This document shows positions 56,020 through 64,000 of a DNA stretch of 64,000 nt, in pieces. The notes beneath the pieces were generated by a model. It was given only the letters and a program-made list of their open reading frames with translations, was not told the origin of the DNA and did no database searches. The DNA is taken from positions 102,355 through 166,354 of the forward strand of contig JBBRWD010000003.1 in assembly GCA_038249465.1 (NCBI GenBank), read 5' to 3'. A program made the position numbers and the translations under genes. This DNA comes from Limisphaerales bacterium. GTDB taxonomy: Bacteria; Verrucomicrobiota; Verrucomicrobiia; Limisphaerales; JBBRWD01. The first letter of the stretch is position 1; each line of letters starts with the position of its first letter.

Positions 56020-57753
56020 TTAAGGATTGGATGAGGATGAGGACGAAGAGGTGGAGGATTCGGACTGCGCGAGCTTCTTCAACAAGCCCGCGGCGGTGGC
56101 GGAAGTCCGCGAGGCGGGACCGTAGGCGAGGGTTTCTCCGAAGGTCCCGGTGGCGCGCGCCTGGAGAACCAGTTCCGGACTGAGTTCCGGGGTGCCTTTC
56201 ACCTTTCTCTTGCCGATGTAGTTGACCGTGACCCAGACCACCTTGTTGGTTTCACCTTTGGCTGGCGTGGCCACGCGCAGCGGGAATTCCGTCACGGAGT
56301 AGTTTTTTGCGGAATCGGGCGCCAGCGTGATCTCCAACTGCGCGGGCTGCGGCGAGGTCTTGAGCGGTGGCAGCGTGATCATGGCCATCGCGGGCTGCCG
56401 GTTGGTCGGCACCGAGGCGAGCTTGGCCAGCAGGTTGGGACCAATTTCGTAAGTCACTTTCATCGCCTCCTCGGGGTACACCTGTGCCAGGAATTCCGGC
56501 GTCTGCCGTCCGCCGGGCTTGCGAATTTCAAACTGGTCAATCTCCGCCCCGTCCACGCGGATGGCTTTCGCGACAAGGCGATCTCGTGACGCCTCCACCG
56601 CGACGAAGTGGTTGGTCGAAACCCCGAAGGCCTGGGCGGGATGCGGCAGGACGCGGTTCAATTCCGCTCCACCGCCTCCCGTGGTGATGGCGGTCACGGC
56701 CCAGGCGCTGGGCGGGTTGGTGGGGGCGACCGGGCGAAACCGCTCGTAGAAATGGCTGTGCCCCGCGAAGACAATGTCCACCTTGGCCTCGTGGAACAGC
56801 GGCAGGTAATGCTGGTGTCCCCAGGAGGAACTGTGGCCGCCGAAGTTGAAGATCGGGTTGTGCAGGAAGACGACCTTCCAAGGAGCCTTCGATTCCAGCA
56901 GGTCATTTTTCGCAAACTTGAACTGCTCGTGCGTTTCCTTCTCGAAATGGTAGTCGATGGCCAGCACGTGGACCGGGCCGGCATCAAAGGAATACCAGCG
57001 GTTGCTGCCCTTCATCGGAAAATAGGCGAGGTAGTTCTTCAGATCCTCCTCGTGATTCCCCGGCACGGCAAAGAACGGAACTTGGTCAGCCACGCCCCGC
57101 ACCGGCTCAAAGAACTGTTGAAGCCATTGCCCGTAATCCTTGCCCGCGAGCACCAGGTCGCCGGTGTGCAAGACGAACTCGGGTTCATGCTCCAGGAAGC
57201 GACCCGCTACGACGCGATGAACCCTGGGATTGCTGCGCGAGTCTCCATACGCGATGAACCGCACTGAGTCTGCCCGGGGATGGAACGTCTTGAAGGCACG
57301 CGGCGCCGTCGCCTTGCCGGCCAACTCCACCGCGTAGGTGTAGCGGGCGCCGGGCTGGAGATTCGTCAGCGCGGCTTGATAGACGTAGAACATGTTGGTG
57401 ATCGATCCTCTGACGCGATTCGTTTTTGTCACGGTCGCACCATTGGTCACGATGGTGACGAAGTTCGTGTGGCGGAACGGAGTCAGGCCCACGAGCCTCT
57501 TCGGCGTCACGGGGCCAAACTGCTGGTCGAGCGAGCCGTTGAGGCCGAAGCGGACAAACCCCGGAATATTCGTGGGCGATTCCCACATCACGCTCATGGT
57601 GTCCGGCCCGGGCGCCTGGAGATACGGTCCTTTGGAAATGGTCTGCCGCGCGCTTTGGCCTCCAAGGGAGGAGCAACCCCAAATCATGACGAGTGCCAGC
57701 CCGCTCAGGCCGAGAGCCAATGCTTTGGAGAAAATCGAGTTTTGCTGTTTCAT
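56020..57753 (-). CDS. purple acid phosphatase / calcineurin-like metallophosphoesterase, lipoprotein
   Basis: Lipobox 'LVMIWGCSS'. Metallophosphoesterase motifs 'FIAYGDSRS', 'VLHTGDLV', 'VPGNHE' and 'FAGHSHFYER'. A 12-nt gap separates it from the alkaline phosphatase gene on the same strand. Confidence 0.7.
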   Translation of the reverse strand: MKQQNSIFSKALALGLSGLALVMIWGCSSLGGQSARQTISKGPYLQAPGPDTMSVMWESPTNIPGFVRFGLNGSLDQQFGPVTPKRLVGLTPFRHTNFVTIVTNGATVTKTNRVRGSITNMFYVYQAALTNLQPGARYTYAVELAGKATAPRAFKTFHPRADSVRFIAYGDSRSNPRVHRVVAGRFLEHEPEFVLHTGDLVLAGKDYGQWLQQFFEPVRGVADQVPFFAVPGNHEEDLKNYLAYFPMKGSNRWYSFDAGPVHVLAIDYHFEKETHEQFKFAKNDLLESKAPWKVVFLHNPIFNFGGHSSSWGHQHYLPLFHEAKVDIVFAGHSHFYERFRPVAPTNPPSAWAVTAITTGGGGAELNRVLPHPAQAFGVSTNHFVAVEASRDRLVAKAIRVDGAEIDQFEIRKPGGRQTPEFLAQVYPEEAMKVTYEIGPNLLAKLASVPTNRQPAMAMITLPPLKTSPQPAQLEITLAPDSAKNYSVTEFPLRVATPAKGETNKVVWVTVNYIGKRKVKGTPELSPELVLQARATGTFGETLAYGPASRTSATAAGLLKKLAQSESSTSSSSSSSNP

Positions 57754-57865
57754 GGTTCACCCAGTCCGTTGGATAATCAAACCGGAGCGCATCGTGGACT
57801 CAGCGAGCGCCCGGGGTGGGAAGTTGAAGAAGGAGAGACCTCAGATCGCGACGGACGACCTGACC

Positions 57866-58210
57866 TTACCCGGCAAACGAAACAGCGGAGGGAGGAGCAC
57901 GCGAGGGAGAAAGTCGGAATAGCGGAACCGCAAGAGGACGAACTTCGGGCAGGCGCACGCTGGCAAAGACGACCGCCAGCACCGCCAGACCGAACACCGC
58001 CGCGACAGGGACTTCAACCTGTCCGGCCGCGAAATCACTGACCGCGCAGTGGTGGCCGGGGCGGTTGGCGTTGGGGCAGAGGCGCAGATGCAGCGTTGGA
58101 GAAGAAGCCGCGGCCACAAGCCCAAGCAACAACGCGATCAACAGCACCACGCCGGCAATTCTGCCGCGAGCCTTCCAGACATGATGCGCGTTAGCTGCGA
58201 TGGATCGCAT
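57866..58210 (-). CDS. small two-TM Cys-containing membrane protein (paralog of 49803..50141), directly upstream of the purple acid phosphatase gene
   Basis: 'RIAGVVLLIALLLGLVAAASSPTLHLRLCPNANRPGHHCAVSDFAAGQV...LFRLSPSRAPPSAV'. The start was chosen at the internal 'MRSIAANAHH' by analogy with 'MRVFSSCATQ' of its paralog. Confidence 0.35.
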   Translation of the reverse strand: MRSIAANAHHVWKARGRIAGVVLLIALLLGLVAAASSPTLHLRLCPNANRPGHHCAVSDFAAGQVEVPVAAVFGLAVLAVVFASVRLPEVRPLAVPLFRLSPSRAPPSAVSFAG

Positions 58211-58287
58211 GACAGGGATTAAGCGATGAACGTTTGATTCTGCCAAGAGACAACCCATTCATCCAAAATTTCCACACGCGAAGCCGA

Positions 58288-58447
58288 GGGTGTGATTAAC
58301 AGCGGGTGAGGCCGGCACGCCAGGCGAGGTGGGCCGCGTCGCTCCGTACGCGCCGTTGGGAATGCTGGCACCGCTCCGGCGGAGCGACGCGCCCCACCTC
58401 CCACGGTTTTCCGCCGGTTCGTGGTTAACCTCGCCCGCTTACTACCC
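58288..58447. mobile_element. MITE-like element, family B, copy 3 (right TIR degraded)
   Basis: It starts 'gggtgtgattaacagcgggtgaggccggcacgccaggcgaggtgggccgcgtcgctccg...ttttccgccggttcgtggttaacctcgcccgctta', which is ~85% identical to copy 1 across the shared length. The right terminus lacks the 'ttttgatcacaccc' end. Confidence 0.5.
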
Positions 58448-58610
58448 AGGCAGAGGGATGGACGACACCCGGACTGGGCAGGGCGCGTCTGTCCCAGCGC
58501 GCCGCGAACCACTCCCGGCCAACCCGACGACCAGCGGGGGACAGGCGCGCCCCAAGTTCCAGAGGATCCCATGATTTTTCGAGGGAAGCGGGAAGTGCCG
58601 GCCGCTCGGT

Positions 58611-61600
58611 TCACGGCAGGATGCGAATCCGGAAGATGCCATTGGTTAAACCGAGCGAGCTGGTCTTGCTCGCCGTATTCGCCGGCGCGGTCACGTCGCC
58701 AGGCAGCGTGCTCCAGTTGGTGGCTGCCAGACTGGACTTGTATTCCACCCGATAACTCCGACCGGCGATGGCCGACCAGGTGAGGGTCAGGTTGGTGCCC
58801 ACGACGGCCGGACGGAGAAGCGTCGGACGTGCCACCACCCAGATGTTGAGCGCGCCGGTGGCGCTCAGACTGGGCGTGCCGTTGTCAAAGACGCGCACTC
58901 TCACCCGGTTCGTGGTGCCCGCATCGGCGTCGCCGCTGGACCAGTTAATCTGGCCCGCGCCATTGACGGTCAGCCCCGTCGGACCGGAAAGGAGGGCGAA
59001 GGTGAGCGTGTTGGCTGGCAGGTCCGGATCGGAAGCGGTCGCGGTGAGCGAGAGCGGAACACCGGCATGAATCGTCCGGTCGGCTGGCACGGTGATGGAC
59101 GGCGCCACGTTCTCTTCGTTGACCGTCAGGGTGAAACTGTTGGTGCTGCTCAGGGATTTCGAGCTTGCCGCAGCCGCATTGGTGTCGCTCACGCGGACGA
59201 AGATGAGATTGGTGCTCGGATTCTGCGCACTGACTGGCGTCCAGGTGATCGCCCCGGAGGGAGATACGGCCAGTCCCGCCGGACCTGAAACCAGCGAAAA
59301 CGTCAGCGGATTGGCCGGGATGTCCGGGTCGGTGGCGGTGGCGTTGTTGCTGTAGGAAGTGAGTTGATGGATCGTCCGGTTGGGCGGCATGGTGAGGGTC
59401 GGGGCGGTGTTTGCTTCGCGCACGATGACGGTGAAACTGTTGGTCGTGTTCAACGCCGTTGCATTCACCGCGGAGGGATTGCTGTCGGTGACCTTCACCC
59501 GGATCAGGTTGGTGCTCGGGCTTTGAGATTCGCCCGGCGTCCAGGTCAACACGCCGCTGGCGGAGTTGACCGCGACCCCCGTCGGGCCGCCCGCCAGGGC
59601 AAACGTGAACGAATTGGCCGGCACATCGGCGTCCGTGGCGGTGTTGGTGACCGTCAACGTGGTGTGTTCGGTCACCGTTTGTTCGCCGGGCACGGTCAAC
59701 ACGGGCGCGACATTCACCTCCCGGACGATGACGTTGAAACTGTTGGTGGTGCTCAACGACTGATTGGTCACGGCGAAGGCGTTCGTGTCGGTCACCTTGA
59801 TGCGCACCTGATTGGTGCCGGGGCCATCTGTTTCGGTGGGTGTCCACGTCATCGCGCCGGATGGTGAAACGGTGAAACCAGCCGGCCCGGAAAGGAGCGC
59901 AAAGGTCCGCCCGTTGGTCGGCACATCGGCATCCGTGGCCGTGGCGTTGTTGGTGAAGAGCGCCATCTCGTTGGCGTTCGGATTCGACGGCAGGGAAAGC
60001 ACCGGCGGGACGTTGTTCTCGTTCACCACGACTTGAAACGCGCGCGAAGCCGTCAGGCGCGGTGAACCGCTGTCCGTCACCAGCACGGTGATGTTCGTGA
60101 CCAGCGGACCCTGGTTCTCCGTGGGCGTCCAGCGGATGACGCCGCTGCTGTTGATGGTGGCGCCAGTGGGGGAATTGGTCAGCGCGTAGGTGAAGGTCTG
60201 CGCCGGTCGGTCGGCATCGGTGACACTGACCGTTACGCTGAGCTGGGCGAGTTCGTTGTTGGTCCGATCCGTGATGGGGGCGATGACCGGGCGGACATTG
60301 GCGGCCCGAAGGACGGCATTGGTCAGGGTGTAGTCAACGGTCAGACCGGCCACATTCGGGGAATAGAGCAGGTTGGTGAACGTGCCGGTGCGGCTGGCGT
60401 TCGTGAGGAAGACAAACGAGGCGTTTGTCGGCGGAGTGAAGCCGTTCGTAAAAATGACCGCGAGCGTCCCGTTGAGACTGGCGGTGCCGGTGATCAGGAG
60501 CTGATCGAAGTTGGTTCCGGGCGCAGTGCCCCCGAGTTCAATCTCCAACACCCCGTTGGTGGTCTGGGTGTAGCTGCCGGCGATGACCATGGACCCGAGT
60601 GAACTGCCGGGGCGGACCGTCCCATTGTTGACGACGCTGCCCACGACCCGGTTGGTGCCGGCGAGCCTGCCGCCCTGGAGTTGCAGCGGCTGGCCGGTGC
60701 TGAGATTTCCCCCTTCGAGCAGCGTCCATCCGGCGGTCTGCACATACCGGTTGATGCTCAACGTGCCGCGCTGCACCTGCACCGTGCCGGAATTGGTGAA
60801 ATTCACGCCGAAACCGGCGGTATTCGTTCCGCTCGTTTTCCGAAGCACTCCCGCGTTGAAAAAGCCCCGGCTGCCGGTGTCGAAATACGACACGTCGGCC
60901 GCGAGGTCAAACACAGCGCCAGGGGCATTGCTGATCGCCGCGCCGCCTGATGCATAGATTACCCCGGCGCTCCAGGTGGCTTGGGCGGTGTTGTTCAAAG
61001 TGCGCCCGACAAAGTATCGGTTTGCGTCGTCTGCGATGGTCAGACCGCCCTCGGCACGCACCGTGCCCAAGCCGTTGATGTTGCCACCGGTCCAGACCAT
61101 TGGCCCGCTGACCAGCAAATCATTGGTACCGCCGAGGCTGCCGAGGCTGAGGTTCAAAACCGTCGGAGCAATGAGACCGCTGCCATTGAAGTTGGCCGTC
61201 CCGCCGGCAATGTTCAATGTCCCACCGGAAATACTGGCGCTTCCTGAGAAATTTGCCGTGCCCGAGATCAATGAATTGGACCCACCGAGGTTGATCATGC
61301 CAAGAAAATTGGCGGTGCCGCCGCTGACACTTAAACCGCCAGCGCCGGTGACGCTGGAAACAGGGTTGAACTGGTTCACCCCGCCGACCAGTTGGAGGAC
61401 GGCACCAGCCGAGACGACGAAGCTCCCGTTGTTCGTTCCTCCGCCATAGAGTCGGAGGGCGCCCGATTGCACCTCGACTGCGCCGCTGTTGTTGAACCCA
61501 ATCCCGCCGGCCACGATCATCGCGGCGACGCCGCCGGTTTTACGCAACAGCCCCGCATTGGCCAAGGTTCCACCACTGAGATTGGCGATGTGGCCATCGA

Positions 61601-62171
61601 ACTCACAGTCAAACGTGCCGCCCGGCGCATTGGATATCACGCCGCCTCCGCCCAGGTTAATCGCCCCTCCGCTCCACGTCGCGGTGGCCGTATTGACCAG
61701 AGTTCGTCCGTTGAGGTTCTTCGCAGCGGTGCCGGGCAGGAACAAGCCGCCTCGCGCGGAAATGAGTCCCGATCCCGAGAACGTGCCACCCGCCCAGATG
61801 AATGTTCCGTCGGCCGTCACGGCAGCCGTGCCCGCCAGACTGCCGCCGCCCAGGCTGAGCACGCCATTGGCATTCACCGTTCCCAAACCATTTAGCGTGA
61901 GAATCTGATTGGCGTTCGTGAGAGTCTGCGCGCCGGAGGATCCGCCCAGCACCAGATTCGCCAGCGTGGCGCTGTTGTCGAGCGTCACGGTGTAGGTGCC
62001 GTTGTTCGTGAGGAAGACATTGTCTCCGGAGCCTGGCACCTGATGTGAACGCCAGTTGTTGGTCCCACTCCAATTGCCACCAGCACTATTGGTCCAGACA
62101 AAATCAGCCGCGCTCAGCCCCGGTGAGAGAGCGGAGAAACAAATGAACAGAATAATAAAAAGCCTTCGCAT
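58611..62171 (-). CDS. giant surface adhesin: autotransporter-like beta-helix passenger repeats + cadherin/Ig-like (He_PIG-like) repeats + C-terminal sorting-like module
   Basis: Signal peptide 'MRRLFIILFICFSALSPGLSA'. Long Gly/Asn/Thr-rich 'GGT.NF.G...' beta-helix repeats. Six or more ~100-aa repeats 'VTDADxPxxxxTFALxxGPxGxxVxxSGxxTWTP'. The protein ends in 'GIFRIRILP'. Confidence 0.6.
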   Translation of the reverse strand: MRRLFIILFICFSALSPGLSAADFVWTNSAGGNWSGTNNWRSHQVPGSGDNVFLTNNGTYTVTLDNSATLANLVLGGSSGAQTLTNANQILTLNGLGTVNANGVLSLGGGSLAGTAAVTADGTFIWAGGTFSGSGLISARGGLFLPGTAAKNLNGRTLVNTATATWSGGAINLGGGGVISNAPGGTFDCEFDGHIANLSGGTLANAGLLRKTGGVAAMIVAGGIGFNNSGAVEVQSGALRLYGGGTNNGSFVVSAGAVLQLVGGVNQFNPVSSVTGAGGLSVSGGTANFLGMINLGGSNSLISGTANFSGSASISGGTLNIAGGTANFNGSGLIAPTVLNLSLGSLGGTNDLLVSGPMVWTGGNINGLGTVRAEGGLTIADDANRYFVGRTLNNTAQATWSAGVIYASGGAAISNAPGAVFDLAADVSYFDTGSRGFFNAGVLRKTSGTNTAGFGVNFTNSGTVQVQRGTLSINRYVQTAGWTLLEGGNLSTGQPLQLQGGRLAGTNRVVGSVVNNGTVRPGSSLGSMVIAGSYTQTTNGVLEIELGGTAPGTNFDQLLITGTASLNGTLAVIFTNGFTPPTNASFVFLTNASRTGTFTNLLYSPNVAGLTVDYTLTNAVLRAANVRPVIAPITDRTNNELAQLSVTVSVTDADRPAQTFTYALTNSPTGATINSSGVIRWTPTENQGPLVTNITVLVTDSGSPRLTASRAFQVVVNENNVPPVLSLPSNPNANEMALFTNNATATDADVPTNGRTFALLSGPAGFTVSPSGAMTWTPTETDGPGTNQVRIKVTDTNAFAVTNQSLSTTNSFNVIVREVNVAPVLTVPGEQTVTEHTTLTVTNTATDADVPANSFTFALAGGPTGVAVNSASGVLTWTPGESQSPSTNLIRVKVTDSNPSAVNATALNTTNSFTVIVREANTAPTLTMPPNRTIHQLTSYSNNATATDPDIPANPLTFSLVSGPAGLAVSPSGAITWTPVSAQNPSTNLIFVRVSDTNAAAASSKSLSSTNSFTLTVNEENVAPSITVPADRTIHAGVPLSLTATASDPDLPANTLTFALLSGPTGLTVNGAGQINWSSGDADAGTTNRVRVRVFDNGTPSLSATGALNIWVVARPTLLRPAVVGTNLTLTWSAIAGRSYRVEYKSSLAATNWSTLPGDVTAPANTASKTSSLGLTNGIFRIRILP

Positions 62172-62793
62172 ACTTAACTCCAACCAACACAAGTGCTATC
62201 GGCGGTTCCGGCGTGTCATTAAGGGCCGATGTTGGCATCATATCGCCGTTGCGTCCCAGTGGCCGCCTGTAAGGTTCGGCAGGTGGATGCCGAGTCGTTG
62301 CCGGGCGAGGCGAGGTCTTGTCCACGAGGCACGCGAGTAGGTCAACCCCAGGCTGCACGCGGAAATGACAGAACTGTATGGAGTCTCATTCTCGCGGGCG
62401 GCTGCTGGAGGCGCGACGGTGTGAGAAAAGTTCAGAGCCTGCGGAGCGATCCCCCCGGGGGAGGTTGATAGGGAATCGAGTGGAGTCGGGCCGTCCGCAC
62501 TGGGCGAACAAACCCGCCTGGCGGCCAAAGAACCCCCGCCTGTTTGCACGAACTGCCTTGGCCGGCCAGCAGGAAATGCCCGAATAGGAAGTGGGAATTC
62601 GCCAATCTGTTCCTTATCTCCCCGGCGACCTGATTCAGGCGCTGTCGAGCGCGGGTGAGCTGCGGGTGGAATAGAAGAGGCCGGAAACCAGGACTGGCGG
62701 ATGATTCATCCCGTTTTCCTTGAGCCCGGCCCCCTCATCCTATCCTTCTCCCCCAGTGGGGGAGAAGGTGTCCGATAGGGCGGTTGAGGGGGA

Positions 62794-63720
62794 TTACGCC
62801 GCTTTGGCCAGCGCGAGCACCTGCACCTGCACTGCCTCGCTCGGCACGCTTTCGCCGGCGGCATTCGCGGCGACCACGCGCACCTGCACCGTGGCACCGG
62901 GAGTCAGGTCGGTCAGTGTCGTGTCCGTGTCAAACAGCGTGGCCACGCGATGGAATTCCGTCTCAGTGCCCACGACCAGCAGTTCAACGTGATAACGCTC
63001 GGCGCGCACACTCGCGTCCCAATCAATGGTCAACTCCTCCGGCGTGTCGGCCAAGACTTCGAGATTCTGCACCTGTTCGGGCACCGACGGATCGGCCGGG
63101 ATGTTGAAGCCAAAGTTGCGCCAGCGCGGATCGTCCGCCGCGAGGACGGAGGTCAGATCGGCCAGCAGATCGGTCACCAGCTTGAGCACGGCCTGAACCT
63201 TGTCGCTGCGCAGTTCGCGCTTGGCGCGCACAGCCGCCACGCAGCTCTGCACGTTGTCAGCCGCGTCCTGGTATCCGGTGGAAAACCCGAGCGCAATGAC
63301 CGCGGTCACGCCGTGCGACGCGCTCTCCGCCGCCGGGTGGCTCGCCAGATACGACGCCGTGAGGCGCAACACCGCCTGGCGCCCGGCATGGGTTCTGGGC
63401 ACACCCAGGTTGCGGGTGAAGCCGAGTTGCGTCCAGTCGGCGGACCACTTGCGGCCCAGGAGAGTGCTCATCACGCCGACCACTTTGGGGATGAAGACCC
63501 GGGCATCGGCCACCGCTTTGTCGAGTTCGCCCTGGGCGGAGCGCTTGGCGCTGCGGGCCGCAGCGCAATCCTCCTCCGCGCTGATCAGGCCCGCCAGCAC
63601 GGGTTCGTTTAGGGCGGCGGTGACCAGCTTGGTGGTCGCCACGCCTTCTTTGAGGCCGCCGAGGTTGCGTTGGCCGAGATAAATCGTACCCGGAACCGTG
63701 TTTGTTCTGTTCTGCTTCAT
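62794..63720 (-). CDS. hypothetical protein with C-terminal fibronectin type III-like domain
   Basis: 308-aa ORF. C-terminal 'EELTIDWDASVRAERYHVELLVVGTETEFHRVATLFDTDTTLTDLTPGATVQVRVVAANAAGES' is FN3-like. Confidence 0.45.
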   Translation of the reverse strand: MKQNRTNTVPGTIYLGQRNLGGLKEGVATTKLVTAALNEPVLAGLISAEEDCAAARSAKRSAQGELDKAVADARVFIPKVVGVMSTLLGRKWSADWTQLGFTRNLGVPRTHAGRQAVLRLTASYLASHPAAESASHGVTAVIALGFSTGYQDAADNVQSCVAAVRAKRELRSDKVQAVLKLVTDLLADLTSVLAADDPRWRNFGFNIPADPSVPEQVQNLEVLADTPEELTIDWDASVRAERYHVELLVVGTETEFHRVATLFDTDTTLTDLTPGATVQVRVVAANAAGESVPSEAVQVQVLALAKAA

Positions 63721-63868
63721 AGGAGTATTTTTCTGAGCAGCAGTATTGTTTGGTCGCTACTGTTGACCTACCGCCGCTTTCCAAAAGCATCATCGGATGC
63801 TTCTGAGGTATCCGGCTAAGCAGCGACCGTCTTACCCGCGACGGTTTCGCGTGGTAAACGCTGGGCGA

Positions 63869-64000
63869 TGAAAAACTCCAATGGAGTTGCGCGTCGGCGT
63901 CGGCGGCGCACCTCGCCCAGCCGACGTCTCGAACTTCTGGCGGCCTTTGCGGACAGTGGTTTGTCCGCCGCCGCCTTTGCCCGCCAGCAGGGCATTGGCT
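63869..64000 (+). CDS. partial ORF (runs off window): Arg-rich HTH N-terminus resembling IS3/IS66-type transposase OrfA
   Basis: 'MKNSNGVARRRRRRTSPSRRLELLAAFADSGLSAAAFARQQGIG' has the basic stretch plus 'glsaaafarqqgi' HTH typical of transposase OrfA proteins. It is truncated by the window end. Confidence 0.25.

Noticed and set aside
62729-62792. Long imperfect palindrome 'ccccctcatcctatccttctcccccagtgggggagaaggtgtccgatagggcggttgaggggg' immediately 3' of the FN3-protein gene
   Set aside because: It forms a good hairpin with a perfect 11-bp inner stem, but no U-tract follows on either strand, so it cannot be called an intrinsic terminator. It may be an mRNA-stabilising hairpin or a Rho-dependent context.
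1-64000. Search for CRISPR arrays, rRNA and tRNA genes
   Set aside because: No regularly spaced short direct repeats with unique spacers were seen. All repeat families found are palindromic and MITE-like or coding tandem repeats. No rRNA-like stretches were seen and no cloverleaf-compatible T-arm/acceptor signatures were spotted by eye. tRNAscan-SE/Infernal were not run, so small RNAs cannot be excluded.

Overview
High-GC (~62%) bacterial chromosomal window with about 39 protein-coding genes on both strands. No rRNA, tRNA or CRISPR array was found by eye. Several features suggest a Verrucomicrobia- or Planctomycetes-like genome: a prepilin-type N-terminus '[25 protein letters not shown]', many giant secreted beta-helix, LamG, FG-GAP and cadherin-like proteins, and a phosphatase cluster. 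This placement is inference only. Most of the window is housekeeping or accessory metabolism. Identified genes include PFOR/nifJ with a DHOD-like partner, mnmA, an AmgK/MurU-like peptidoglycan recycling pair, a SMUG-family uracil-DNA glycosylase, a flotillin/NfeD operon, a SCO1/SenC-CusF fusion, a lipoate ligase family protein and an FAD oxidoreductase. Five very large secreted proteins share a common C-terminal module. A phosphate-scavenging cluster holds a PLC/AcpA-like phosphoesterase fused to a beta-propeller, a PhoA-like alkaline phosphatase, a purple acid phosphatase and an AraC regulator. Two paralogous small Cys-containing membrane proteins sit immediately upstream of the phosphatase genes. 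The most interesting candidate is a two-gene operon at the left edge (78..4883, minus strand). It encodes a 3-TM membrane protein followed 18 bp later by a 1203-aa TIR-NACHT protein with a long helical repeat region, a eukaryote-like NLR architecture. It is a plausible, possibly undescribed, anti-phage or abortive-infection module. The window is also unusually rich in mobile and repetitive DNA: one complete IS4/Tn5-like IS (about 1.5 kb, transposase with DREGD and YxxRWxIE signatures) and at least five families of short palindromic MITE-like elements (A-E, 2-3 copies each). One MITE copy has a 9-bp target-site duplication spanning the stop codon of a giant metalloprotease gene, and another contributes the C-terminal codons of the murU-like gene. 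A ParD-like/zeta-like toxin-antitoxin pair lies next to the IS. All domain calls rest on motifs recognised by eye in the translated ORFs; no database searches were run.
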